This document shows positions 15,417-30,690 of a stretch of DNA of 64,000 nt, in pieces. The translations under genes were made by a program, and so were the position numbers. The notes under the pieces were generated by a model that saw only the letters and a list, made by a program, of their open reading frames with translations, searched no databases and was not told the DNA's origin. Within the stretch, counting starts at the first letter, position 1. Every line of letters begins with the position of its first letter. Origin of the DNA: the human T2T-CHM13v2.0 reference genome, Homo sapiens; assembly GCA_009914755.4 (NCBI GenBank), contig CP068257.2, forward strand, positions 27,808,001 through 27,872,000. The letters are read 5' to 3'.

Positions 15417-15421
15417 TCTCA
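15356..15421. repeat. (TC)n microsatellite, ~33 units with one interruption
   Basis: ctctctctc..ctctgtctctctctctctc. Confidence 0.95.
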
Positions 15422-15640
15422 CATCTATTTTAAATGTAGACCCAGGAATCAATGTGGTCAAGCTGCTCTCAAAATTCTAATACATGGAATTAATGGCTAA
15501 TGGCTCCTAATAGAAATGAATAATTATAGACCATTGCTAACCACCACTGAGAAGTATAATAGCTAATCATTTCTCTCTAATGGCTGTTTGTGTCACAAAC
15601 AGAAATTTTATCTAAGAAGAGAGAGAAAACAACAACAAAT

Positions 15641-15907
15641 GACAGGGTCTTGCTCCGTAACTCAGGCTGGGGTGCAGTGGTGCAGTCATAGCTCACTGTA
15701 ACCTTGAACTCCCGGGCTCAGGCAATCCTTCCGCCTCAGCCTCCTGAGGAGTAGCTAGGTCTTCAGGTGCGGGCCACCATACCCAGATAATTAAAAAAAA
15801 TTTTTTTTCTTGTAGAGACAAGGTCTCGCTATGTTGCCAAGTTTGGCCTTGAACTCCTGGCCTCAAGCAATCTTCCCACCTTGGCCTCCTGAGTTGCTGG
15901 GATTTCA
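15641..15907 (-). mobile_element. Older Alu (AluJ/S-like), antisense, truncated at its 5' end
   Basis: gacagggtcttgctccgtaactcaggctggggtgcagtggtgcagtcatagctcactgtaacc..gcctcagcctcctgagg..tgtagagacaaggtctcgctatgttgcc..ggcctcctgagttgctgggatttcag. It is diverged, and the Alu 5' end (window right end) is missing. Confidence 0.8.
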
Positions 15908-16166
15908 GTTAACTTATCAAAACAGTAATGCTATGTCATAATATCACATAGTTTTGAAACCGTTTTCAGTGGGAAGTGCTTTGTAGATTTCTTCTCATTC
16001 ATTCTTTTGCTATCTGTATTTTTAATATATTATTTATAAATTTGATCTTGTTTGTTCCTATGTCATCTCTATTGTAGGACTTACCATCATATAATCTAGT
16101 AGTAAGTTTTATGAGAGCTCTCCGTGCCCCATAGTCTCATTGAACCAACCATCTCTGTTTCTTCAG

Positions 16167-16215
16167 CACCTCATGGAGCTGAATGTTTCTTTTTACACTG
16201 TGAATAAAGGGACAG
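16167..16215 (+). other. Exon-like 49-nt segment with consensus splice-site flanks (speculative)
   Basis: The upstream tract ccatctctgtttcttcag|CACCTCATGGAGCTGAATG...AAAGGGACAG|gtgagttgt has a polypyrimidine tract plus AG acceptor and a CAG|GTGAGT donor. It contains an ATG with G at +4. I have no homology support. Confidence 0.15.
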
Positions 16216-18054
16216 GTGAGTTGTTGGAATGTTCTCTGATTTTAGGGAATGGAGAATCTGGGTTCATACAGTGAAGGCTTTCGTGACAGCCTGGTCTGCT
16301 TACTGAAAGCTTCAGCTTTCTTTTAATGCTTAGTGTATAGATGTGATAAAATCACTCACAGAAACAATGATTCGTCTTCCTAGACACATCTGTAGGAGTT
16401 CCTTGAAGGACAGTGGATCTAGTCCTAAATACTTTATATTCACCCCTTCAATGAGTAATCAACTTCACTCCATCCAGAAGTTGGGTAGTTAGGAACTTGA
16501 AAACAATCTAAGAAACTTTTGCAATTTCAGGCTTAAATGATAGTGTATGTAAATGTACATGTTTCTGTCACATCATAGAAATTAAATCCAGGAGCCAAAG
16601 AAGCCTTTGTTAATTTTCCTAGAAAGAGAAGCAAGGGGAAAAAAAGGGTGAGTCTATCCAGAAAACCGCTAAGTGATCTGTGGCTAGCAGGGCATCCCAC
16701 AATTATAAACATTTTTTTGAAATTATCTAGGCAGTATCATAGGTCTTATTTCATAACATCTCAAACTAATATCAAAGAGAAAAAAAAACTTCTAACTTAT
16801 TCCTTTGAAATATAATTGATGGCCATAAGTCCCAGTAGGCTTACCAGATTCTTCCTTGGGAGCAGGAAGTAAATATGACAACAGACCAAGACTAAAGTGA
16901 TACCAACATGGAACTTCAGTCTGTTCAAATAGGAAGATGGGCCAGGACCCATCTTAGAGTTGTGGTGTCCAGTATGGTAGCCATGAACTCCATTTGGCTC
17001 TTTAAATTAATGAAAATGATAAATAATTTAAAAACTGGTTTCTCCCTCACACCAGCCACAGTTCAAGTGGTCAGTAGCCACATGTGGCTGGTGGACATCA
17101 TATTGGAGAGTGCAGATTATTATACAATGTTGTATGTACGCATTATTGTCATCGTGGAAAGTTCTTTTGGACAGGACTGGCTTACAGTCAGAGCTTTCAC
17201 TGTTAGAAAGTGACCAGTCTAACTGATTAGAAAGCAAGGGGTCACTAGCAGCATTGGTTAGTTAGATTGAAGGTCAATAACTACAGTTTAGCTAGGTTTA
17301 GAAATACAAGCAGAACATGATCTGGATAATAACTCTTTGCTGCTTAATTGCTAACCAAAAACAGCCAGATAGTGACCGTTTTGGAGGTGAAGGGGATGGG
17401 AGATTAGATTGGCTTGTCTTTCATATGAAACCACTCTTGACTTTGATGTGAAGTTTAAAGATTTGATCCCTTCCTAGGTCTTCTGCATCCTATTTTAATA
17501 TGCTACCACTTACTTTAGAAATTCTCATATCTGGATTTTATGATGATTGGTCTGGTGCTCCACAGACCTCACCAGAAACTTTAATGCTATGTGCCTTGGG
17601 CTTTCTTGCTGGAAAATATCCTGTGTAGAACACTCTGTCTGCCTCTAGGTAAGTGTCATTTTCGGGGAGGGAATCTCCCTGAGGACTTCTGCCATTTCAG
17701 ATGAGAAAGCCCAGAATTATTCTTACAGCATAAGATGCCACATAGTGGTTATGATATGAATATAAGAAATGACTTAGAGGAGATGCGGGGGGGGTGCTGC
17801 TGCAAATATACATTCAATTGCTTGAGTAAAAATCAAGGCAAGAAAGGTGGGCTTAAATTATAGAAAGGAAAATGTGGGGTGGATTTCTGAAAAATGTGAG
17901 TGGCTTGTAGGATTTCGCCGTGGGAAGTTTTTAATCAGAAAAATTGAATACTTGATGAACATCTCTTACCTGGTCAATTGCAACTACCTTCCAAATAGAC
18001 TTTTTGTCATTAGCATTCACCATGACTGCCTCTTCCCCACCTCACACACACACA

Positions 18055-18490
18055 ACAGATATGTCCATGTTCTAATCCTTGGAAGGTGTGAATGTGACCT
18101 TATTTGGAAAAGATGTTTTGCACATATAATTAAGCTCAGAATGCTGAGATGAGATCATCCTGAATTACTTGAGTGGGCCCTAAATCCAATGGCAAGTGTC
18201 CCTGTAAGAAACAGAAGAGGAGAAGACACGCATAGGAGAAAAGGTGAGGTGAAGATGAGGGCAGAGATTGGCATAATGTGGCCATGAGCCAAAGAAACTG
18301 GCAACCTCCAGAAGCTGGAAGAGACAGACGATGGATTCTTCCCTATGTGTCCCTGCTAGCACCTTGATTTCAGACTTCTGGCTCAGATCTTTGGCTTCCA
18401 GAACTGTGAGAAAATAAATTTCTGTTGTATTAAGCCACCAAGTTCATGGGAATTTGCTATGGCAGCCATGAGGCATAAATACAGATACCC
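18055..18490 (+). mobile_element. MaLR LTR of MST/MLT1 type
   Basis: ccatgttctaatccttggaaggtgtgaatgtgaccttatttggaaaa..ggccctaaatccaatggcaagtgtccc..agaagctggaagagacag..ttctggcttccagaactgtgagaaaataaatttctgttgtattaagccaccaagtt..gctatggcagccatgag parallels the MSTA/MLT1 consensus (..ccagaactgtaagataataaatttgtgttgttttaagccactaagtttgtggtaatttgttacagcagc). Confidence 0.75.
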
Positions 18491-18770
18491 TCTGATATAT
18501 CCTCCAAGTCACTTCTAGAATGACCCATTTAAGACATAAACATTATGCACAGCATAAAGTCCAAGTCTCTTAGGAGAGCTTCCAAGGACCCCTTGATCTG
18601 GCCTCTGGCTTCTTCTCTCAGTACACAGCTCTCCGGCACCCCCATAACATTTAATAAGACTAGAGTCTCTTATTACCTGGATATACTGTCTGTTTTACCC
18701 CACCGTATCTTTGAACTTGCAGTTCTCATCGTCTGTGATGTCCTTTTGAGGCTTGTTCATCCATGGTAAC

Positions 18771-19064
18771 TTTTTTTTTTTTTTGGAGATGGAGTCTTGC
18801 TCTGTTGCCCAGGCTGGAGCGCAATGGTGTGATCTCAGCTCACTGGAACCTCTGCCTCCTGGGTTCAAGCGATTCTTTGCTTCAGCCTCCTGAGTAGCTG
18901 GGACTAGAGGCACGTGCCACCACACCCAGCTAATTTTTGTATTTTTAGTAGAGATGGGGTTTTGCCATATTGGCCAGGCTGGTCTGGAACTCCTGACCTT
19001 GTGATTTGCCCGCCTCAGCTTCCCAAAGTGCTGGGATTACAGGCGTGAGCCACCGCGCCCGGCC
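18771..19064 (-). mobile_element. Alu SINE, antisense, with 10-bp TSD
   Basis: (T)n ggagatggagtcttgctctgttgcccaggctggagcgcaatgg..gggattacaggcgtgagccaccgcgcccggcc. The TSD is catggtaact at 18762-18771 and 19065-19074. Confidence 0.92.
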
Positions 19065-19502
19065 CATGGTAACTCTTGATCATCTTTCAGTGTCCCACTC
19101 AGTGTCCCCTGTCTGTGAAGACATGTTAGCCGACTTCCCTCTCTCACCCCCTTTTTCTCTGTGTCATCTCTACATCTTGAGTATGTTCATTATGACACAG
19201 TGCTTTCTTACATCCATCCATTCAACAACTTAGAACATTAAATTAATTTTTAGTAGGTAAGATGTTTATGTTTCAAAAATACAATGATAAAAACGGTATC
19301 CATGGAGAAGTCTTACTCCTATCCATTTTTTTTCTTTCTTTTCCCTACAGGTAATCATTAAATTTTTTTTTTTTAACTTCCACAGTTTCTTTATGCAAAT
19401 ACATAAATTTTCATTATACAAAGGCAGTGTACTACATATATTGTTATGAACTTTACTTTTTTCCATTTTTCCATATCATTACATAAAGATCTCCCCCATT
19501 CC

Positions 19503-19817
<315 letters not shown>

Positions 19818-20169
19818 TCCCCCATTCCTTTTTTATAGTTACATAGTATTCCATCATATACATGGTCCTAGATAATTTAACTAATTCTCAATTGTTGAAC
19901 CACTGAATTGTTTTCATTATTTGTTATTATAAAAAATGCTTTAATGAAAAATTTTGTACATGCATTATTTCATATATATGAAAGCATAGGTAGATTTCCA
20001 AAAGTTGGATTTCTGGGCCAAAGGGCAAATGTTACTGTCACTGTGCTAGACATTGCCAGATTTTCCTCCATAAGCATTGAACCATTTCATATGAGACAGC
20101 CCATGGGCATACTCCGCAACACAATATTGTATATTTTGTTTTTTTGCCAATATGGTTGACAAGTGTCAT

Positions 20170-20770
20170 AGTTTTCTATCGCTGAATAACAAATAATCAT
20201 AAACTCAGCAGCTTAAAGCAACATACATTTAGTATCTCACAGTTTCTGTGGTTCAGGAACCCAAGCACAACTTAGCTGCATCCTCTTCTTAGGGTCTCAG
20301 GAGCTGCAATCAAAATGTGGGTTGTGACTGTGGTCTCACCTGAGGCTGAGAGTTCTCTTCCAAACTCATGTGATTGTTGGCAAAAGTCAGTTCCTTATGG
20401 TTGTAAGAATGAGGCCCTCAGCAATGAGAAGCTGTCTGCAGTTCCTGGGCACATGAGCCTCCCCATAGACAGTTCACATCACAGCAACTGGCTTCCACAA
20501 GGCTAGCAGGAAAGTCCCTTGCTATGGTCTGTTAAAGTGGTGGAGTCTCATACCATGTAACCTAATCACGGGAGTGTCATCCCAGCACATTTGCCAAACA
20601 ACAAAACCTAGTCCAGGGGGTAACACCCTATCACTGTTGTCATATTCTATTGATTAGAAGCAAATCACAGGTCCTGGCCACACCAAGGAGAGGGGATTGT
20701 ACAGGCCCTAACACCAGGGGGTGGAGGTTGGCTATCATAAGATTCTTCCCATCACTGTGAGAAAATAAAA
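20170..20770 (+). mobile_element. Ancient LTR/MER-type interspersed repeat
   Basis: ..cagcagcttaaagcaacatacatttagtatctcacagtttctgtggttcaggaacccaagcacaacttagctg.. and ..attgattagaagcaaatcacaggtcctggccacaccaaggagaggggattgtacaggccctaacaccagggggtgg are characteristic motifs of a widespread mammalian repeat. A second copy of the 3' part is at 23440-23650. I cannot assign the exact family by eye. Confidence 0.55.
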
Positions 20771-21568
20771 ATCCTTTCTTTTTATTATGAGTATTTTCAT
20801 AGATTTAATTACCACCTGTGTTTTTTCTTAGTGAACTGTCTGTTCATATTCTTTGTTTATATTTCCATCCAACTTTTACTTTTCTTCTACATTTCTATGT
20901 GACATGAATTGCAAATATTTTCTTCCATTTTGCACTTATATTTTTGAATGCAAAGTTTACGAACTTACCAATCTTTTCTTTTGACTTCTCATTTTTGAGT
21001 CATAGCTGTAAACGTCTCTTCCATGCTAAGTATATAAAGAAATTAAACTATGTTGTAATTTTTTTACATCTAAATCCTAAATCCCATTAGGAAGATTTAT
21101 TTGAATATGGTATGATATATGAATCTAACAGTGTCATTTTTGAGAAGACTATTTGGTTGTTCCAACATTGTATATTAAAGTTCATCTTTACCACCACAGA
21201 ATGAGTATCACCTTTATCATATACTAAATTCCCACATAAAGTAGATTCTATTTCTGGAATTTATCTCCTCTTCTCTAGTATATTTACATATGTCTCAATA
21301 TGATATTGTTTTAATTATTGAAGTTTTGTTATGTATTCATTGGCTTCTAAGACTTCTATTCTGGAGATTTCCTCATTACTATTACTAGTTTATTTTCCAC
21401 ATGACCTTTAGAATTAGCTTATCTAATTCTAGAACAAAATTTCTTTTTCAGTATTCTTATTAGTACTGTTAAATTTATGAATTAGCTTAGAAAGAATTGG
21501 CATCTTTACCATATTAAGTTTTGGTGCATTTACAAACTTGGTGTCTTTGTTTTTCAGATATATACTAA

Positions 21569-21919
<351 letters not shown>

Positions 21920-23219
21920 TAGGTTTATTCTTTGGTATTTTGTGCTTTATAGATTTATTGCTTTGGCCATTATACATGACTCTTTTCCATTACATCTTCT
22001 ACACGTTGTTGTTTGTATAACGTGAAAACTATTGCTTTCTATAAATTTTATATATGCATACATTCTCACTTAGAAAACATTTATTGGGTCTCTAACATAT
22101 GATGGGCTTCTGTACTAGCGCTGAGCTCACAGTCACAAAATAGCCATGGTCCTTCCCCACAATGAACAAATGGCCTAGTAAAGAAGGCAGAAAGTAAACA
22201 TGTAAGCAAACTAATTTATAATTACTATTTGAATAAATGCTATGAAGATAATGAGGAGTGTTCAGTCATACAGAATAATTATTTAAGTGTATCTTCTTAC
22301 CCACTTAGAGTCTTCGAGGGTTTGGTCCATAACTTATTTGTCTTTGGGTCCTCAGAGCCTCGCACAATGCCCAGGAAATAAAGCCACCAAATATTTATTG
22401 AACAGAATGGAACCAAATTTGCTCTGAGCTCAGGGCCAATGTTTTAAGTCCTTTAGCCACAATGATCATGCAGTCCAATTTTTCAACCAAATTTATATTT
22501 TAAATATTGTGTTTCTATAAATATATTATTCCAGTACTGGCCTAAGTATTTGTTTGGAAAATGGCCACTAGAGTTACAGCTTTCACCTAAAGTGGCCTTC
22601 CATGTCTCTGGCCCATGAGCAGAGTGGGCTTTTAATCCTTAGCCTGAGTGTTTCAGAGACAAGTTAGCTGAAAGGGATGCTCCCTTTGTAAATTTTTGAC
22701 TGAGGTGTCAAAGTTAAACTTAGGGTATTGAGGCTAGCTGGAGCTTATCTGTTCTTCCAGTCCAAGGTGTTAAGATTTACATCTTTAATAACAGTAGGAA
22801 AGCAAGAGAAGACTGTAGTGGAAAAAATTTTACTTTTATGTACAGGCTTTCATTGTTTCACTTTCCCTCTCCAAGTGTTAATAAAAGGTAAGTAAAGAAT
22901 TTAGGGATTATTCTGTGAATTTTTATTTATTTTTAGCCTATGTGGCTCTGGAGCGAATTTAGATCAGCTTACAGGAATATATAAAATGCAGCCAAATTAA
23001 ATACACTGGAAGAAGGTGAGAAAGAAATGGGGCACGAAACAAAGTTGGAGACATTTGATAGACTTGCTGTGAGAAGGCTCAGGTTTTGGTTCTTATCAGT
23101 TAGAAAACATATTGAGCATAAGCACAATTTATAGTTCAATTAAGATTTAAAAAAATTCCTAGTAATGGCAAAAATATATGTGGTGCTTACTCTGTCCTGG
23201 GCATCATTTTAAGCTTTTT

Positions 23220-23330
23220 AAATGAATTAATTTAATCCTTGCAACAACCTGATGAGATGAGTCCTAATACTATTCTGTCTTACAGGAGAAGAGCAACTAT
23301 TACTAATATTGAGATAAGGGAGAAAACTAT
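23220..23330 (-). mobile_element. MIR SINE core fragment
   Basis: ttaatccttgcaacaacctgatgagatgagtcctaatactattctgtcttacaggagaagagcaac..gagataagggagaaaac parallels the reverse complement of MIR (tcatttaatcctcacaacaaccctgtgaggtaggtattattatccccattttacagatgaggaaactgagg). Confidence 0.4.
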
Positions 23331-23439
23331 TCAGAGGATTTTCATAAAGACGATGCTGTGCAATAGAATGAGTAGCATTCTCCAGTGTTTATACTCTGGC
23401 ACTGCAGTGAATCTCACATGTCTGCCTTTATATTATGTA

Positions 23440-23650
23440 ACATAATCCTGAAACTGTCATCTCCTCACATTTGCCACACAACATAACCTAATCAAGGAGT
23501 AATATCCTATTACTGTTGTCATATTCTATTGGTTGGAAGCAAGCTGCAGGTCCCAGCCACTCTCAAGGGGAGGAGATTATACAGGGCCTAACACTAGAGG
23601 GTGGCATCTCTTGATCTAATGGCCTCATGCCAAGCTCAGAATGAGTCTAC
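23440..23650 (+). mobile_element. Second copy of the LTR/MER-type repeat seen at 20560-20750
   Basis: ..catttgccacacaacataacctaatcaaggagtaatatcctattactgttgtcatattctattggttggaagcaagctgcaggtcccagccactctcaaggggaggagattatacagggcctaacactagagggtgg aligns with 20585-20730 (..catttgccaaacaacaaaacctagtccagggggtaacaccctatcactgttgtcatattctattgattagaagcaaatcacaggtcctggccacaccaaggagaggggattgtacaggccctaacaccagggggtgg). Confidence 0.6.
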
Positions 23651-23719
23651 AGTGGCCAATGTGATAAACGTAGCGCTGCCAATATAACTTCATTCAGAGG
23701 TAGATTTCAGGGTACCTAG

Positions 23720-24071
<352 letters not shown>

Positions 24072-24958
24072 CTTTAGTCAATTCTTTGAAAATATTATAT
24101 CTTCTAATTAAGTGACAGGTAGAAATGGAAGTGATGGCTTGGAGATGGTTTCAAACTTTGAATTAAAAATGATGAATGAGATGCTAATGAGTAGTAGGCG
24201 GTTATTGGCCTGTACTCACAACTAAGCAACCTTCCTTTTCCTGTTTGTGACCGTGTCAGATGGGTGAAATAAGGTGAATCAGTTAGGTTATGTTATGCTA
24301 TGTTGTGGTAACAAATACATCTCTGAAGTGCATTGATTTTGCACCAAAAAATGCTCGTTTTCTTCTCATATAAGGCCTAGTTGTGTCTAATAGCTTTCTT
24401 TGATTTGTAGTCATGCCACTTAGAGCAAATGGTCTCCAAGGTCAATGTAGCAGAGGAAAAAAACAGCCTTGGAGAAGGCATACCCACTCAGACCTTCCTC
24501 AAATTGGAACTGGCATATTACTTCCGTTTGTGTTCCATGGAGAAGAGTTAGTCACGTGACACCACTGCTCCAATGCATGGGGTTGGGAAACCTGGAGAAG
24601 TGCATGGATATTTAGTGAGTGCTGGTCATCTGTGCTGCATAAGGACTAGGCTCTTCTTATATCTACTGGGAATTTCTCTCCTGCTACCTTTCTCTTTCTT
24701 CTTAACCCTTTAGACCTCTTGCTTTATGAAACCATATCCTTATGGTACCAGATTTCCCCTATTCAGACAATTCAGTCTTGACTAGAGGAGGCGTCTCTGA
24801 GGGTGGGTGAAGTGGCAGAAAAGTAGAAAGGGGAGGGAAAAGGAAAGAAATAGTTCCTTAGTTGTCACTTCTCATTTCTCTACCGCTGCTGGTTTCTTTG
24901 CTGCTCCATTTCTCACGGCCCAGCTCTTGCCGATGGTTGCAAGTTGGAAGGAGATTGA

Positions 24959-25350
<392 letters not shown>

Positions 25351-25986
25351 TAAACTCCTATTCTACAAAGACATTTTAACATGCTTTGTGAGCCAAACAC
25401 AAGCAGGGTTTGGGTACTGAGAAATGCATAGTAGAAGGCATCAGTGCTCCAAGAACTCTTGGTCACTGGTCAACACCAACAACTGTAAAGTGATAGAGTG
25501 CAAAATAGAAATGTTTAAAAAGTGAACAAGTAGATGAGTGACTTAATGCTTGACTGAATAGAATGCTCAGAACTTCCACATTGTGTGAAGAGAGGAGGAT
25601 TCATGAGAGTGGAGGCTGGCCTTCTCAGGGTAGCACTGAGTTGGAAGGCAAGTAAAGCCAGTCAAGGGAGATGCGGAAGTTACAAATCTCATTGCCCTTG
25701 TGTTATCTCCAGTCTCTCTCTCACCTCTTTCCTAGCCCCTTGTTTGTTTCTCTCCTACCTTACAACACAGGTCCTGATCCTACTCACAGCTCTCCCCTCA
25801 CTCCTTTCCTCAGCCCTCTGGTGCTTGCACATGGGGTAGAGATAAATCATGCTTCTGCGTGGAGTTTGGGGCTTCAAATGTGTCTGTGTATCTGCCACCC
25901 CAAATTGCGACTATAATCTGATCCTATTTTTTTCATACAAATATTATGATATAGAGTGGGAAAATGGTATCATACTATGTGTTTAG

Positions 25987-26312
<326 letters not shown>

Positions 26313-26938
26313 ATGAAAACAATTTTATAAGGTAATCTGGAGTCTTAATTGCCTTTTAATAACATTGTTTACTTGGTAGAGATGATGTAATAGATGATTA
26401 AATCCCAGAGCATTGACCTAAATGATCTTTGAGGCTCTTTCCAACCTGTAGAGTATATGATTATGCAGGAATATGTACTCTAAATTCTGAACACATGGTT
26501 TCAAAATGAGTCTTTGGAACTTAGGGTATTATTAATAGAAGGATTGCCTGCAATGTGGCAAGTTCTCATTTCTTCAATCTTTCTTCCTTCTTAAGTTTTC
26601 ACTCATAACTTATTCTGTGATGTTTCTCTACCATTTCTGCATGTTAACATAGGATTATTCCTTAATCCAAAATTGCTTTTTGATTATAAGCAATTCTGAA
26701 TTTCACTAGGTTAAATAAATATGTCTCTAACAAGGTAGAATGCATTTCCCAGTGGATGACAAGGGAATATTTTATTAATTTGCTTCTAAGTCATTGAAAT
26801 TACTGCATTAAAATGTTTAGCTGATTCTTTTACACTGATGAAATAAGAAATGACTAATTTTTTAAATCACTTCCCTAAATAAAGCATACCATCCCTAATG
26901 CATGTACAACTGGAATTAATCTCAAAGAGCAATCATAA

Positions 26939-27282
<344 letters not shown>

Positions 27283-27715
27283 GTGATTTTCTTACAGTAC
27301 TTTGTCAACAGGTATATTTTCCTGAAGGCAGTTACTTTTGCATTCAATTGCTTTTGTGTCACACATTTTGATTATTAAAACAAAGACAACAACAACAGTT
27401 TGTATACCACTTGGGCATAATAGTATTGGATAGAATGAGACTTACAGAGGTCATTAACATTACCCCCTGCTTCCTTCCAGGCAATGAGAATTCATCTTGT
27501 AATTTCACCCACTCAAGGGCATGGGCTTCACAATCTCCTTTGGTAACTGATTTGAATATCTAACAACAGTTTCTGTCAGGATTTTTTTTTTCTCAAAAAG
27601 TACAAAACTGAAATGCCTCTTGTCTGTTTTTTTTTTTTTTTTTTTTTTGCTTTTTCAAGCTTTAAGGAAAAAGATAAATGGTTACAATTCTTCATAAACT
27701 CTTGAGTTTATATTT

Positions 27716-28064
<349 letters not shown>

Positions 28065-30358
28065 TGAGCCCTTTATTAAACTCTTCAGACTCAGGTTGCC
28101 TTTTGTTCATTGTTTATCATTTTTCTTTAAAATGATCCTTGATCACTTCTTCAAGTTTCTTAGCCAGGGCTAAATTTATTATTACACATATTTAGGAAAG
28201 ATGCTGCTCAAAGAGATGAGTGTAGACCTTTGGGAGTAGATATTTTCAAAGGAGAGTCTTGGTGAAGGAAATTTCTGAGGGACTAGGTTTTGGAAAGAGA
28301 CCATTAATGGAGAATAATAATGGCTGCTACTAAAAGGAGGGTGAGTAATTGGTGCAGGGAAGAGATAAGTAAAGAAGTAAATGGACTGAAGTGGCTTAAG
28401 TTAAACAAACAAACATATTTTAAGTTCAAAGTCATTCAGAAGGGGGAGTGTATGGGATGTGGACTTTGTACAAAAATGAAAGCCATTTCGACCCTTGTGA
28501 GAAAAGAGTGTATTTAGAGGCAGAAGGCAAAATGCACACAGCTTGTGGATAAATGACCCATCTCTGGGATGAGGAAGGCACAAGTGGTGCTCCGAGAATC
28601 CCCCCAGTGAGCTGAATTTATGGTGGTGTGCAAGGCTGAGGACGTTTATTAGTAAATAACAAAGATCGTGTGCTAATGACCTGATCACTGGTCCATAATC
28701 AATCAGAGGTTGGTCTCTGTGCATAATTCTCCTGGGGGATTGTTAGAAGGAAATCATAGCTAAGGCCAGACACTGATTCACTGGGGGCCCCTTTGTCGTT
28801 CATGGGGGGCAGATATTCTATTTCTGTACATGTAGAACTTCTCTTTATTAGGGAAGCAGGAAGGAGTGACTGAAAGACGCTGTGTCTTTCTCTTGTGGTG
28901 TGGTTTCTAAATGCAGTGTATATCTGAGTAGAACCAAATTTAACTATGAATATTTGGGGGAAGGTAATGAGATGGTACATTATTCCTTTAGCAAAGGTTT
29001 TGATGAGCACAATGTATAATATAAGTATCTCCTACTTAAGTACAAAGTATATTTACAAATATGTTTGTTTATGTATAAAGACAGAATAATAGATTTATAT
29101 ATTATGAGTAGGAGGGTGATGTGGTTCATTTGCCAATCTATTAAGAAATATTATAAAATTACACATTCTTTCAGCCTTTTAATCTCAATATTTAATATAT
29201 TTCTTGTATCTTGTACATATTATTTAATTGTTTTCATACAAAACTAAAGATGCTGTTAACTGGTTTGCATCCAGTAAGAGGCAATTTGAGGCTAAATACA
29301 TTCTGCTTTCTTCATATAAAGTGAGTCTTATGTTTATTTCATCATACTTCGAATTGAGGTGGCCTATGCCTTTTGTCTTTAGTGTTGGAACTCTTGTTTT
29401 ATGTTTCCTATTTAACTTATAATGTAACACATGCAATAAAATAGTATTCGAGATGCTTTGACAAACTTGGTGTTTTGATCGAGGTGGCGCTGTTGGTAGA
29501 ACTGTTGGTAGAACCTGTTGGTGGGCAGGCACAATGCCACTTTATCACTGAGCAGTAGAGGCAGGAGAGTCCCTATCTGTCACATAAAAGCAGATTTAGG
29601 GGGATCAATACAGAGTGCATGAAAGTGAAGGTTAAGAGAAAGTACAATACGTAAAAGTCAGGAACTGTCAATATGCAAATCCTCAACTCTGGCAAAACCC
29701 CAGATCACCCATGATCCAGTGTGATGATAAAAATAAGCTCCTAAGTACTTTTTTTTTTTTTTAACTTTGGCATCTTGTGCAACTCATGAACTAGTAGTGT
29801 TTTCCTCCTTATTATTATTAGTGTTATTATTCAGCATTTTGCTACACCCTCCCCTTCTTTCCAACATCTAAATACCAGCAAATATGTTATGAGATGAAAA
29901 TGATGACATAGCACCTCTTTTCTGTCAGGTAGAAACATCTACATTCAAGGTTATCTGAAGGTAAAATATTTACTAAGTTATTTACTCTGTCTTTCTCCCA
30001 GGAGTCAAGGCAGAATGGGGGTCTCCAACAAGAGTGGCCTGGTACATCACCATACGATGGGGCCTATGTGTGTCTCTCTTGTGTTTAGCTTCACGCAAGA
30101 TGGGGCTTGGAGGTACCTGGGGGCTTATTTTTGTTGCGTGCCCACCATTGATTTTCCTTTCTAGTGTGTGTGAAATTACATTTCCCTGCAACTGAAAATC
30201 TGATTAATAAAAGTATGTCATTATCTTCCATAACAACAAATCCAGACATAGCTGCTTCCAGACGGAGGGTAGCAGCTCAGTCATGTCAGTAGGGACAGGG
30301 ACTGTGTTCATCCTTCTAGTTCATCACCCTCAGTCTGCAGGCTTTTAGACCTACTTAA

Positions 30359-30690
<332 letters not shown>

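Noticed and set aside
28401-29532. Three consecutive ~100-aa minus-strand ORFs in unique sequence.
   Set aside because: They are in different frames, separated by stops, low-complexity, and have no splice-site logic connecting them. Consistent with chance in AT-poor patches.
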